A stretch of DNA of 64,000 bases from an uncultured Gammaproteobacteria bacterium (GCA_963748215.1 CAVVHS010000009.1:160001-224000); one strand, 5' to 3'; positions 1 to 10,300 are shown, counted from the stretch's first letter. Numbers and translations: made by a program. The notes: generated by a model not told the origin, from the sequence alone.

Positions 1-1
1 G

Positions 2-226
2 CTGCTGGGTACGGGCGCGGCGCAGGCATTCTGTTTTCTCAAGGGAAACGATCGGCGCGCGGATTTCAACAACAGCCGCATGCCGGCCATCGGTTTTTCA
101 CCGGCAGTGTTCCAGGGTTATCCATACAGTCCGGTGCAGCCCGCCTGGTACGGCAATCCGGCCGCGCTGCCGCAGCAGCACTACTACGATAACCGTTACG
201 GTACCGGAACGGGATTGCAGCACTAG
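2..226 (+). CDS. 3' part of a small secreted Pro/Tyr/Gly-rich protein (truncated by window start)
   Basis: Frame from nt 2 reads LLGTGAAQA|FCFLKGN...GYPYSPVQPAWYGNPAALPQQHYYDNRYGTGTGLQH-TAG (224-226); signal-peptide-like AQA end; not in ORF track. Confidence 0.5.
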   Translation: MLGTGAAQAFCFLKGNDRRADFNNSRMPAIGFSPAVFQGYPYSPVQPAWYGNPAALPQQHYYDNRYGTGTGLQH

Positions 227-232
227 CAGGGT

Positions 233-2380
233 CTATTTGACGAGATTGATGGCGCCGGGGATGGTCTCTGCGCGCAGCATTTCGAGTATCGCCGCGGCCT
301 CGACCGGCTTGCTGAACAGGTAGCCCTGGACGACGCGGCAACCCTGCTGCTTGAAGAAATTCAGCTGTCGCACGGTCTCGATGCCCTCGACGACGAGGGA
401 CATGTTCAGGCTCTCGGCCATGGCAATGATAGCCTGTGCAATGAGCACATCCTCCATGTTGTCCGGGATCTCGCAGACGAACGACTGGTCGATCTTGACG
501 GTATCGATAGGCAGGCGGCGCAGGTAACTGAGCGAGGAATAACCTGTTCCGAAATCGTCCATTGCGATGGTGACGCCCATCTTCTTGAACTTCTCCAGCG
601 TGGCCGCGGCAGCATCCATGTTCTTCATGGCCACGTTTTCGGTCACCTCCAGCTCCGCCAGTGCCGGGTTGATTCCGGATTCGACCAGCGCACTCTCCAG
701 GACATTTTCGAAGCCGGTCCGGGCCAGCTGCACGGACGACAGATTCACGGACATGGTCAGCTCCGTGAAGCCGGCATCATGCCATGCCTTGAGCTGCCTG
801 AATGCCGTGTGCAGCACCCACTCGCCGATCGGCATGATCATCCCTGATTCCTCGGCAATCGGGATGAACTCCTTTGGGCTGATATAACCCATGCCTGGGC
901 GATGCCATCGCAGCAGGGCTTCCACGCCGACGATGGTATTGCGGATAATGTCGATCTTGGGCTGGTAGAAGATCTGCAACTCATTGCGCTCCAGCGCCTT
1001 GCGCAGGTTTGTTTCCAGCGCCAGCTGCTTGCGTGAGCCGGCATTCAGTTCCGCCGTGTAGTACACCGCCTTGTTGCGCCCCAGTTCCTTGGCGCGGTAC
1101 ATACTGATATCCGCGTTCTTGATCAGGGTCTCCGAATCGGTCCCGTCGAACGGGTAGATGCTGATGCCGGCGCTGGTGGTGATCTGCAGGTCGTGCCCGT
1201 TGCAGGACATCGGTTCGGTCAGCGACTCGATGATCTTGTTGCCGATGCGGCCGGCATCCGACGCACTGGCGATGCGTGGTAGCAGTACCATGAACTCATC
1301 ACCGCCGAGTCGCGCTACCGTGTCGCCTTCGCGGACACAGTCCTTGATGCGACGCGATATGATGCGCAACAGCTGGTCGCCGGTGGCATGGCCCAGTGAA
1401 TCGTTGATGACCTTGAAGCGGTCCAGGTCAAGGAACAGCAGCGCCAGGATCGACTGTTCACGTCGCGCATGCGCCAGTTCGGTCTTGATGCGGTCATTGA
1501 GCAGTACGCGGTTTGGCAGACCGGTCAGCGAGTCGTGATGGGCATGGAACTGCATGCGCTTGGCGACCGACTCTGCGTGTTCCTTGGAAGTGGCCAGCTC
1601 AAGGTTGGCGCGTTCCAGCTCACGGGTGCGCTGGGTAACGCGCGCTTCCAGTTCCTCCTGATGGATCTTGAGCTTCTCGTCGCGCGCCTGGATCTCGTCG
1701 AGCATGGTATTGAAGTCGAGGACCAGAGTGCCCAGTTCGTCCCTGCTTTGTCCGCCGGCACGCAGGGAGTAATTCTTTTCCGTGCTGATGCGGCGCGCGA
1801 TAGTGGACAGTCTGAACAAGGGTGCGGTGATGATGTGCTGCATCTGTGCGCTTAGTGAATAGGCGACAAGCAGCGATACGAGCAGCACGGCCGCTATGAT
1901 GCCCAGGAACCAGACCAGGCGATCATGAATAGCGCGCATATCCGAGCGCAGGTAGATTACGCCGATTTTCTCGCCCTGATAGATGATGTCGGTGAACAGT
2001 TCCACGTAGTTGCTGCGGAACAGCATGTCCTCTGTGCGTGATTGCAGTTCCGGTAACTGTGTCTTGATACCGGGCTTTTTATACTGGGCGAAGATTTCGT
2101 TATCCACGTCATAGATCACGCCGGCCTCGATGTTTTCCTGCATTTCGAGAAAGCCGAGTGTTTCCGCTGCGGCGACGGGGTCACCGAACAGGATGGCCGC
2201 CGCGCTGTTGGCAGCGATCATGTCGGCCATGATGCCGAGGCTGTCACCGACGTTTTTCTGCGAATAGAGCCGGTCGCTGGTGAGGAAGGCGAAGCTGGCT
2301 ATCATCAGGGTAATCGTGCTGATGATCATGATGACCAGTGTCAGCTTGTGGCGAATCGATATGTTGTTGATTGCTCGCAT
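233..2380 (-). CDS. Membrane sensor diguanylate cyclase/phosphodiesterase (periplasmic sensor-HAMP-GGDEF-EAL)
   Basis: Two TM segments, HAMP-like DELGTLVLDFN, HDSLTGLPNR, RLGGDEF, VEALLRW, DDFGTGYSSL; alternative GTG start 2389. Confidence 0.93.
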   Translation of the reverse strand: MRAINNISIRHKLTLVIMIISTITLMIASFAFLTSDRLYSQKNVGDSLGIMADMIAANSAAAILFGDPVAAAETLGFLEMQENIEAGVIYDVDNEIFAQYKKPGIKTQLPELQSRTEDMLFRSNYVELFTDIIYQGEKIGVIYLRSDMRAIHDRLVWFLGIIAAVLLVSLLVAYSLSAQMQHIITAPLFRLSTIARRISTEKNYSLRAGGQSRDELGTLVLDFNTMLDEIQARDEKLKIHQEELEARVTQRTRELERANLELATSKEHAESVAKRMQFHAHHDSLTGLPNRVLLNDRIKTELAHARREQSILALLFLDLDRFKVINDSLGHATGDQLLRIISRRIKDCVREGDTVARLGGDEFMVLLPRIASASDAGRIGNKIIESLTEPMSCNGHDLQITTSAGISIYPFDGTDSETLIKNADISMYRAKELGRNKAVYYTAELNAGSRKQLALETNLRKALERNELQIFYQPKIDIIRNTIVGVEALLRWHRPGMGYISPKEFIPIAEESGMIMPIGEWVLHTAFRQLKAWHDAGFTELTMSVNLSSVQLARTGFENVLESALVESGINPALAELEVTENVAMKNMDAAAATLEKFKKMGVTIAMDDFGTGYSSLSYLRRLPIDTVKIDQSFVCEIPDNMEDVLIAQAIIAMAESLNMSLVVEGIETVRQLNFFKQQGCRVVQGYLFSKPVEAAAILEMLRAETIPGAINLVK

Positions 2381-2389
2381 CGCCGTCAC

Positions 2390-2983
2390 CTAGTTCCCGG
2401 ACCTGATGGTCGTGGCCAGCGTCAGGAGCTTGGAGCTGATTGACAGACCGGCGCTGCCGGCGGCTGCGGTATTGATCTCGAAGCGGACCTTGTTGTCGAT
2501 CAGCCGGAAGCCGATCATGCCTCCGCTCAATATGAAATCGTCGATGTCGCTCACCGTGAGCACCGGCCGGTCCCTGAGCGCGGACATGACGGTGCGCAGC
2601 TGATGTGCGTGGGATCTTCCGACGAAGACGAGCTGGCACTGATCGAGCCCTTTCGTACTGTTCAGGTGCATCACTCTGAGCTGCCGTTCATGTACGGTCT
2701 TGTTCAGCAACATGTCCAGCTGTTCGCCGAGGGCATTGCTGCCGAGCACGCAAAGCGTGAACTCGCCAGCCGGCAATTCGGGCCAGGTGATAAACCGGGC
2801 GAAGTTGTAGAGAAATGCCGCTTTTACACGGTGTTCAGTCTGCAGTGATTCATCTGCCGGGCTGGCGACCGGCAGCCATGCCAGCAGCAGGACCAGTGGC
2901 AGCCACAGTCGGAGAGCGGTGCTGCGGGTACGCTTCACGCTATGGACTTGCGGTGGGCTTGTGCTGGGGGGCGAGTGCGGCAT
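2390..2983 (-). CDS. YfiR family periplasmic protein
   Basis: Signal peptide; VKAAFLYNFARFITWP and FEIN..AA..AGLSISSKLL.LA motifs. Confidence 0.88.
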   Translation of the reverse strand: MPHSPPSTSPPQVHSVKRTRSTALRLWLPLVLLLAWLPVASPADESLQTEHRVKAAFLYNFARFITWPELPAGEFTLCVLGSNALGEQLDMLLNKTVHERQLRVMHLNSTKGLDQCQLVFVGRSHAHQLRTVMSALRDRPVLTVSDIDDFILSGGMIGFRLIDNKVRFEINTAAAGSAGLSISSKLLTLATTIRSGN

Positions 2984-2986
2984 GGT

Positions 2987-5119
2987 CTAGAAGTTCCAGG
3001 TTACCTTGCCGTAAATGCTGCGCTCCACTTCCGTTGGCACGGAGAAGATAAAATCCGGATTGAATTCGGGGTGCTTGCTGTCCAGCAGGTTCTGGCCAGC
3101 CAGTGACAGTTCCATGCCCGGCCGCGGACTCCAGCCGATACGGGCATCGAGGGCAAGGTATTGACCGGTCTTCGGCAGTCCTGCCGCGGACAGGTCGAGA
3201 TCGAGTTTGCCGACGTAGCGGAGACCCGCATCCAGCTGGAGGTCATGGCCGAGATCGGCGGCCAGCCAGAGATTGGCCTGGTGCGTCGGTGACGCATCTT
3301 CCGCACTCAGTGACTGCGTATCCATGCTGCCGTTGATCAGGTCAAGGTCGACCTCCAGGCGCGTGTAGTTTGCATGCAGGTCGAGTCCGGGCCTGACCTG
3401 CCAGTGCACGTCAATCTCGATGCCCTGTGTATTGCCTTCCATGTCGTTGCCGAATACCGCTTCAAACGCGGACGGTGGCATCGAGATAATGTCGGCCGTG
3501 CGCAGCCTGTCATAGCGGTTGTAGAACGCCGCCAGGTCAACCGAGACACGATCGGCGAGCGGGAATCGATAGCCCAGCTCCCAGGCGATCAGGTTTTCCG
3601 AGTCGAATGTCCCGGTGCCCAGCACCGTCAGCGGCGGCAGGCCGGGCGGGTTTGGCGGAGGCAGTACTGTCAGGCTCACATCGTGCTCGCCGCGTGCCGG
3701 TGTGCGCACTGCGCGCGACACGGCACCCCACAGCGTGTGGCCGGCATCGGTCAGCCAGGAGAAGCGTACATTCGGCTGTATCTCGAAGCCGCTGAAATCG
3801 TTGTGTTCGAACTTGGAGCCCAGGGTGAGCCGCCCGTGATCCTGAAACAGCCTGATTTCGTCCTGAACGAATGCGGTCAGCAGGCTGACATCCCGACGCG
3901 ACGGCGACAGGCTGAAGATCCGGGTTGCTTCGGCATTGTCGCGGACGAAGCGATAGTTGAGGCCCCACATCATTTCATGATGCGCGCGCGACAGGAAATG
4001 GTGCTGGAAATCGATATCCAGTGTGTGTCGGTTTTCATACAGGGTCTCACTGTCCAGGTGTACGTAGTCGTAGTAGGCCTGTAGTGAAATATCCGAATCC
4101 GGACTGCGTGTTTGCGACCAGCGGTACAGCAGGTTGCCGCCGCTGTAGGCCGCGTTGTCGGTCAGCGGTGCCGGGGATGTGGCTATCAGCAGCTGCTGGT
4201 CGGAGTGGCCATTGTACAAATCACCCTGCAGCGTCTGACCGTTGCCGTGCGCGTTGACCCAATCCATGCGGAAGCCGGTCTGCGCGAATTCGCTGTCATC
4301 GTGTGCGGCCGTTTGCGGCAGCCCGATGTCGATCGGTGCGCCGGTATCGACGGCGCGGAATTTGCCATAGACACGATAGTTCCGGCCGTCCGCGGTGGTG
4401 GCGCCATGGCGCAGGTTGACGAAGCCCTCCTCTTCATTGCCGGCGCCGGCCGCGACCAGTGTGCCCTGCGTGTCGGTCGCCGATCGGGTGATGATGTTGA
4501 TGACGCCGTTGACGGCGTTCGCGCCCCACAGGCTGCCGCCCGGGCCGCGAATCACCTCGATGCGCTCGACATCCTCCAGCATCACCTCGTTGGCATCCCA
4601 GTACACGCCGGTAAACAGCGGCGTGTAGACGCTGCGGCCGTCGATCAGCACCAGCAGCTTGTTGGCGAAGCGGCTGTTGAAGCCGCGCGCGGTAATGGCC
4701 CACTTGTTGGCATCGATGCGGGCAACCTGCAGTCCGGGCACGCGACGCAAGGCATCCGGTATGTTGGTTACGCCCCAGCGGTGCAGGTCCGCCTGCTTGA
4801 TCACGAATACGGCCGCGGCGGCCTCTGATTTCTTCTGCGGTCGCTTCCGGACCGAGGTGATCTCGATATTCATCAGGGCCTCGAGGCTCATGTCGGTGAG
4901 ATCCTCGGGAAGACTGGTGTTGTGGCTGGCGCGTGCGCCCGTACTCACAAACAGGCAGCCTGTCAGGCAAAGAAGCAGCGCGGTGATGAGGGAGCAGGAA
5001 CGGGAGGCGAGCGGGACAGTCCAGGACGGAGCAGGAAACAGAACACGCTTGCAGGCAGCGAGTTGCTGTCGGGCAAAAGTGCTGCAGAATTCCATGGGCG
5101 ATGCTCCTTGTTGCATCAA
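2987..5119 (-). CDS. TonB-dependent outer-membrane receptor
   Basis: SLEALMNIEITS, plug motif VERIEVIRGPGGSLWGANAVNGVINIIT, C-terminal ...VTWNF; true start may lie downstream. Confidence 0.93.
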   Translation of the reverse strand: MMQQGASPMEFCSTFARQQLAACKRVLFPAPSWTVPLASRSCSLITALLLCLTGCLFVSTGARASHNTSLPEDLTDMSLEALMNIEITSVRKRPQKKSEAAAAVFVIKQADLHRWGVTNIPDALRRVPGLQVARIDANKWAITARGFNSRFANKLLVLIDGRSVYTPLFTGVYWDANEVMLEDVERIEVIRGPGGSLWGANAVNGVINIITRSATDTQGTLVAAGAGNEEEGFVNLRHGATTADGRNYRVYGKFRAVDTGAPIDIGLPQTAAHDDSEFAQTGFRMDWVNAHGNGQTLQGDLYNGHSDQQLLIATSPAPLTDNAAYSGGNLLYRWSQTRSPDSDISLQAYYDYVHLDSETLYENRHTLDIDFQHHFLSRAHHEMMWGLNYRFVRDNAEATRIFSLSPSRRDVSLLTAFVQDEIRLFQDHGRLTLGSKFEHNDFSGFEIQPNVRFSWLTDAGHTLWGAVSRAVRTPARGEHDVSLTVLPPPNPPGLPPLTVLGTGTFDSENLIAWELGYRFPLADRVSVDLAAFYNRYDRLRTADIISMPPSAFEAVFGNDMEGNTQGIEIDVHWQVRPGLDLHANYTRLEVDLDLINGSMDTQSLSAEDASPTHQANLWLAADLGHDLQLDAGLRYVGKLDLDLSAAGLPKTGQYLALDARIGWSPRPGMELSLAGQNLLDSKHPEFNPDFIFSVPTEVERSIYGKVTWNF

Positions 5120-5381
5120 TACGTCAAACCAGCAGCGGTCCTCATCTGGTTCTCCATGTTGGCGTTCATTGCCAGGCCGGCTTGCTTAACTTCCTGAAAA
5201 TTAATATTAAAAATTGCGACGCCCGGCCAGTGCCGCCGTCGGTGGCATGCATTCCCGGCTTATCGGCAGTGGCGGAATGATCCTTAAGTATTGATTTTTC
5301 AGCCAAAAAAATGGCGTGCGGGACGCCGGATGGACCGGCGGGGGGCGGCGGGGTGGGGCTCGCCGGGGAGGCGGCGGACGC

Positions 5382-5672
5382 TTACTGCGGGTCTTTCTTT
5401 TTCGTCTCCGGAATCTTCAGCGGTACCACCACGGAGGTCTGCGGTTCATCGACGAAGCGCGGGCGCATGTTGCTGCTGCGTCCGGCCGCCGCGTTCAGCT
5501 CGCCTTCGCGCGCGGAAATCAGCGCGAGACACTGGCGAATGCCGTCCACCGTATTGTCTGACAGGGGATGCCGGTAACCCGGCCTGGTGTAGGTGTCCTT
5601 GGCGACATCGGTCAGGACCCGCTTCATCATGCGCAGAATGCGTTCTTCCTGGGTGAGGTCATGGTCTGTCAT
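5382..5672 (-). CDS. Conserved small hypothetical protein
   Basis: 96-aa ORF EERILRMMKRVLTDVAKDT...HPLSDNT...RPRFVDEP with host-like codon usage. Confidence 0.75.
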   Translation of the reverse strand: MTDHDLTQEERILRMMKRVLTDVAKDTYTRPGYRHPLSDNTVDGIRQCLALISAREGELNAAAGRSSNMRPRFVDEPQTSVVVPLKIPETKKKDPQ

Positions 5673-5743
5673 GGCAACGTCTACATTTCAGGTGGTCTGA
5701 TACAGCGCGTATTGTGGCACAGATAGGCTGTAGAGGCAGGCGT

Positions 5744-6382
5744 TCATTCCTGCAGATAGATGTATTGCCAGCGGCAGGCGGTCAGCTGGCGCAGCCGCGT
5801 GAGCAGGGCCTCGTCCGGCACGGCCTCGGATGGATGAATGCCGCGCACCTCGACCCAGGTACAGGAAAACGCGGCGGACTTGCGAAACTGCAGGTCGGTG
5901 AGTCGACCGGCATGGCCACAGCGGCTGCAAGTCCACTCGATTATTGCGGGATCTTTCCGCCATGCGGCGAGGTGCCTGTCCCAGTCCCTGTCCGGCTGGC
6001 GGCAGGCCGGGCAGCGCGGTGCGGGGGTGCGCGGATCGGCGCGAAACTGCGGCCGCGCGCTGCTCGACAGGTAGACGTGACAGAAACTGCCGCTGGCGCG
6101 GGCCGGCTCCAGCGCCACGGGATCGACCGGCGGCTCCAGTTCGATGGCCGGAGAGCAGCCGAGAAAGCTGAGCAGCCGCAGAAACTGCGCGCCGGCCGGG
6201 TAGAACACGCCGTCCGGCACCGTGACGGGTGCGGCGATGAAGCCGATGTCCTGCAGGGCGTCCGCCAGTACGGCGGGATCGACAGGCGCGCAGTCCGGGT
6301 CCTGCGGATGCAGCAACAGCTTGTAGGCGGCCACGTATTTGTCCTGTGCCAGACCGGGGAAGGGTAGTGCGCGGCAGTTCAC
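5744..6382 (-). CDS. Hypothetical protein with two CxxC pairs (probable Zn ribbon)
   Basis: CPAC and CSRC motifs, FLGCSP and IHPSEAVP motifs; start probably the GTG near 6334. Confidence 0.7.
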   Translation of the reverse strand: MNCRALPFPGLAQDKYVAAYKLLLHPQDPDCAPVDPAVLADALQDIGFIAAPVTVPDGVFYPAGAQFLRLLSFLGCSPAIELEPPVDPVALEPARASGSFCHVYLSSSARPQFRADPRTPAPRCPACRQPDRDWDRHLAAWRKDPAIIEWTCSRCGHAGRLTDLQFRKSAAFSCTWVEVRGIHPSEAVPDEALLTRLRQLTACRWQYIYLQE

Positions 6383-6564
6383 GCGCGGTGCGGGCTATTC
6401 TACAGGCAGGGTATCTGCCGCATAACCCGCGGCAGAACGCGGGAATCAGTGCATGTCATGCCGCTATACCTGTGTCGTGGCCGCTGCGTATGGCCGGCCT
6501 GTCGTCGTGCTGCGGAATCGATCATACTGTCCGCACACGTACGGACAGAACGCGAGGTGCCGGG

Positions 6565-7272
6565 ATGCCGGAGCACAAACCATTTTCCATCCATGCCCTG
6601 GAACTCGGGCCGATGGAGAATTTCATCTACCTGGTTCATGATCATGCCAGTGGCCGCGCCGCCGTGGTCGATCCTGCCTGGGATGTGCCCGAGGTGCTTG
6701 CACTGGCAAAACGTCACGGTATGCGCATTACCGATATCCTGCTTACCCACAGCCACCACGACCATATCAACGGCATCGCCGGGGTGCTGGAGCACAGCGA
6801 TGCACAGTTGCACCTGATGAAGACCGAAGCGCAGTTCTGGGGCGAAGGCCTGGACCTGCCCACCCTGCATCACGGCGGCGATACCATCGCGCTGGGTGCA
6901 ACCGAAATCCGCGCCTTGCACACCCCGGGTCATACGCCGGGCTCAGCCTGTTACCACGTGGGCAACGAACTGATCACCGGCGACACACTGTTCGTGTTCG
7001 GTTGCGGCCGCTGCGACCTGCGCGGCGGCGACCCGGAACAGATGTACAGTACGCTCAGCAACATGGTCGAACAGTTGCCGGCCGATACTGTCATCCTTCC
7101 CGGGCATAACTACGCCGTGCAAACCACCTCGACCCTGGTCGAGCAGGTGGAGGGCAATCCGTTCCTGCACTTCGATGATGTCGAGCGTTTCATTCACTAC
7201 CGCATGCATTACCACGACGCACACCGCCACGGCCCGTACGGGCCGGTCCGCAAGGGCGAGGAAATGGAATGA
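6565..7272 (+). CDS. MBL-fold metallo-hydrolase (glyoxalase II/persulfide dioxygenase-like)
   Basis: THSHHDH, HTPGHT, TGDTLF..GCGR, PGH motifs; ATG 6565 after GAGG. Confidence 0.9.
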   Translation: MPEHKPFSIHALELGPMENFIYLVHDHASGRAAVVDPAWDVPEVLALAKRHGMRITDILLTHSHHDHINGIAGVLEHSDAQLHLMKTEAQFWGEGLDLPTLHHGGDTIALGATEIRALHTPGHTPGSACYHVGNELITGDTLFVFGCGRCDLRGGDPEQMYSTLSNMVEQLPADTVILPGHNYAVQTTSTLVEQVEGNPFLHFDDVERFIHYRMHYHDAHRHGPYGPVRKGEEME

Positions 7273-7778
7273 AGGGGCCCGACACGAGACTTCTGTCAAC
7301 CCTGCCCGGCCTGCTGGCGGCAGTCATGTTGTGCATGCTCGTGAGCGCCTGTGCCAGCCTGGGCGGCTACCGGGAAAAACCGCGGGTCTCGCTGGTCAGT
7401 ATCCAGCCGCTGACCATGACCCTGCTGGAACAGCGTTACCAGCTGGCGCTGCGGATTATCAATCCGAACGATGTCGATCTGCCGGTCAGTGGATTGAGCT
7501 ACAGCATTGAGATCAACGATCGTGAATTTGCCTATGGTGTCAGTCGTCAGGCGGTGACAATCCCGTCGCTGGGCGAGGCCGTGGTGGAAGTCGAGGTGGT
7601 CAGCAGCCTGCTGGGAATGCTGCGCCAGTTGCAGGCGCTCGATGACGGTAACAAAAACAGTCTTGACTACCGCATCTCCGGCGGGCTGCGCCTTGCCAAC
7701 CGCAGGGCAAGGTTGCCGTTTGATTCCAGCGGATCGCTGGACTGGAAACCTGCGGCTGACAGGATTTCCGAGAAATAG
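7269..7778 (+). CDS. LEA type 2 family lipoprotein
   Basis: Lipobox VSAC; LRIINPND.DL motif; ATGA overlap with upstream gene. Confidence 0.85.
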   Translation: MKGPDTRLLSTLPGLLAAVMLCMLVSACASLGGYREKPRVSLVSIQPLTMTLLEQRYQLALRIINPNDVDLPVSGLSYSIEINDREFAYGVSRQAVTIPSLGEAVVEVEVVSSLLGMLRQLQALDDGNKNSLDYRISGGLRLANRRARLPFDSSGSLDWKPAADRISEK

Positions 7779-7788
7779 CGCGGCGGGC

Positions 7789-8778
7789 ATGGCGGGTTTT
7801 CGCGCATATCGGATTCACGACCAGCACGGCACGGCGCGCCTGGAAACATTGCAGACAGAGGATCTTTCTGCGGGCGACGTGGTGATCCGTACGCGTTATT
7901 CCAGTGTCAACTACAAGGATGCGCTGGCCGCAACCGGCAAGGGTAAAATCATGCGCCGGTTTCCGCTGGTCGGCGGCGTCGACGTGGCCGGTATCGTCGA
8001 GCGGTCGGACGATGACCGGTTTGACGCCGGTGATGAAGTGCTGGTGACCGGCTGCGGTCTGGGCGAGAGCCACGACGGCGGCTTCGCGGAAACGGTGCGC
8101 GTCCCGGCCGACTGGGTGGTGCCCTTGCCGGCCGGTCTCTCGCTGCGCGACGCCATGGTGCTGGGCACCGCCGGCTTCAGTGCTGCACTGGCCATCGATC
8201 GCATGGAGCAGAACGGCCAGATGCCGAGCCTCGGGCCGGTGCTGGTGAGCGGTGCAAGCGGCGGTGTCGGCAGCGTCGCCATCGACCTGCTCAGCGGCGC
8301 CGGTTACGAGGTCGTCGCCCTGAGTCGCAAGCCGGACGTCGATGGCTACCTGGCGGCGCTGGGTGCGAGCCGGGTAATCGATGCCGGCAGCGTGGTGCAC
8401 GGCGATGCGCCGCTGGAAAAGGCGCTGTGGGGCGGGGCCGTGGATAACGTGGGCGGCGACACACTGGCCTGGCTGACGCGCACCGTCAGGCCATGGGGTA
8501 ATATTGCCAGTATCGGCCTGGCGGGCGGTGTGCAGCTCGATACCACGGTGATGCCGTTCATCCTGCGCGGTGTGAGCCTGCTTGGCATTACCTCGGCCAA
8601 CTGCCCGATGGAGCGGCGCCGCAAGATCTGGCAGCGGCTGGTCACCGACCTCAGGCCGCGCCACCTGGAACACATGGTGGCCGGCGTCGTCAGCCTCGAC
8701 GCATTGCCCGGCGTATTCGACCAGGTGCTGTCCGGGAACCATCGCGGTCGCTTTCTGGTCGCAGTCAACAACCCATAG
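7789..8778 (+). CDS. YhdH/AcuI-family NADPH oxidoreductase (MDR family)
   Basis: YSSVNYKDALA, GTAGFSA, GASGGVGS, TTVMPFILRGV motifs. Confidence 0.9.
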   Translation: MAGFRAYRIHDQHGTARLETLQTEDLSAGDVVIRTRYSSVNYKDALAATGKGKIMRRFPLVGGVDVAGIVERSDDDRFDAGDEVLVTGCGLGESHDGGFAETVRVPADWVVPLPAGLSLRDAMVLGTAGFSAALAIDRMEQNGQMPSLGPVLVSGASGGVGSVAIDLLSGAGYEVVALSRKPDVDGYLAALGASRVIDAGSVVHGDAPLEKALWGGAVDNVGGDTLAWLTRTVRPWGNIASIGLAGGVQLDTTVMPFILRGVSLLGITSANCPMERRRKIWQRLVTDLRPRHLEHMVAGVVSLDALPGVFDQVLSGNHRGRFLVAVNNP

Positions 8779-8820
8779 CGCGTCACCGGCTTGTGGCCGC
8801 CATCAACAGGAGAACCGTCC

Positions 8821-9276
8821 ATGACACGAATCGTAATCACCGCTCTTGCCCTGAGCCTGCTGCTGGCTGGCTGCCAGTCCACCCTGACCGGGGACTATTA
8901 CTCGCGCGATGACGCGCGCCGTATCCAGACCGTGCAGTACGGCAGTGTCGAGGCGACACGCCCGGTGGTCATCGAGGGCACCAAGACACCGGTCGGTACG
9001 GTTGCGGGCGGTGCGGTTGGCGGCATCGCCGGCAGCACCGTGGGCGGTGGCAAGGGTTCGGCGGTCGCCGCCGTGGTCGGCGCCGTGGCCGGCGGCGTGG
9101 CCGGTGCGGCAGCCGAGGAAGGGCTTACCCGCCGCCAGGGCGTCGATATCACCGTGCGCCTGGACAGCGGCAGCATCATCTCCGTGGTACAGGAGCAAAC
9201 GCCGCAAGCCAGCTTCCGCGCCGGTGACCGCGTGCGCGTGCTGACTGTCAATGGCGAGACGCGGATCGCGCGCTAG
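8821..9276 (+). CDS. slyB: Glycine-zipper 2TM outer-membrane lipoprotein (SlyB/Pcp family)
   Basis: Lipobox LAGC, glycine zipper GGAVGGIAGSTVGGGKG, C-terminal GDRVRV. Confidence 0.85.
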   Translation: MTRIVITALALSLLLAGCQSTLTGDYYSRDDARRIQTVQYGSVEATRPVVIEGTKTPVGTVAGGAVGGIAGSTVGGGKGSAVAAVVGAVAGGVAGAAAEEGLTRRQGVDITVRLDSGSIISVVQEQTPQASFRAGDRVRVLTVNGETRIAR

Positions 9277-9317
9277 GCGGTGAGTGCTTCGGAGTCCAGA
9301 TGCATTCATGCCGAAAT

Positions 9318-9406
9318 CAGGCCGGATATGTGGCATAACCGCCTTAACCGGCGTGACGCAGTCAGGTCATGCCGGATTGCGGTGCTTTACACCTGATCCG
9401 ACCTGC
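9318..9406. repeat. Degenerate GTAG-type REP doublet
   Basis: caggccggat...aaccggc (9318-9352) facing tgccggattgcgg...tgatccgacctgc (9370-9406), between convergent genes. Confidence 0.55.
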
Positions 9407-9430
9407 GTCTATTGCAAGGGCGCAGAGATA

Positions 9431-9796
9431 TTATCGTTTGTCTTCTTTATCTCTCATACCGGCTTGTGCACGACCTGCCCGGTACGAGTCAATAATGCCG
9501 ACCAGCCACACAATGATCAGCACGGCATAGGCGCTCTGCAGGAGCAGGGAGCCGCTGTCCGCGGGTTGTCTTGCGAGTAATTCTGTAATGCCGGCGACAT
9601 CCGCTTGTATTTCGCCGCGCAGTATCTGATCGGTGATTTGCTGCGCCCTTGCCATTGTGCTGGAAATCACCGGGATCAGCGACGCCAGTGCGGCGCCGGC
9701 CAGTACCATGCCCCGTACCGGCAGCTTCAGGTAGAAATGGCCGAGGCCCGGAAATACGAAGGCCGATAACAATGCCGCTTTCATTGACTTGCTCAT
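9431..9796 (-). CDS. Hypothetical membrane protein
   Basis: KAALLSAFVFPGLGHFYL motif and hydrophobic segments. Confidence 0.75.
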   Translation of the reverse strand: MSKSMKAALLSAFVFPGLGHFYLKLPVRGMVLAGAALASLIPVISSTMARAQQITDQILRGEIQADVAGITELLARQPADSGSLLLQSAYAVLIIVWLVGIIDSYRAGRAQAGMRDKEDKR

Positions 9797-9903
9797 ACAT
9801 TACGCGCCGTAACACGGTGATTTGCGGAAAAACAGACAAGTGGAGTATAGGGAAATGAACGGCGGGGACGAGAGATTTTTTCTTCCGTCCGTCCCACTTA
9901 GCC

Positions 9904-9989
9904 GTCATACCCGCGAAGGCGAGTATCCAGGGTTTTTTGTGCCCCTGCTAGTCAGTGATTTACTGGATACCCGCCTTCGCGGGTATGGC
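9904..9989. repeat. REP-like palindromic element (GTCATACCCGCGAAGGCGGGTATCCAG type)
   Basis: 27-bp arms 9904-9930 and 9963-9989 are inverted with 2 mismatches; each arm is itself a hairpin. Confidence 0.8.
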
Positions 9990-10300
9990 ATCATTGTTGT
10001 TCCGGAATTTCATGTCCATGTGCCGCTCAACACAATCCCATCACTGGAATAGCCGCATTCAATCAGCTCTCCTGGTGATTATGTGGGACAGCAGTGCATC
10101 CGCCCCTTGTTTTCCGCCGGCTATTCTTCCCGTCAGGTGTAATGTACAGGGAGAAGGTGAGACCATTATTATACGGGCATAGTACGGGTCGGGAAGCTCG
10201 CCCGGGACATGTACAAGTGCCGCGCCAGGGCAGGGAAGCCCGTAGCGGCTTCGCGGAGTGCTCCTGCAGGTCTCTTCCATGTCAGCGGAAAGATATTGAA

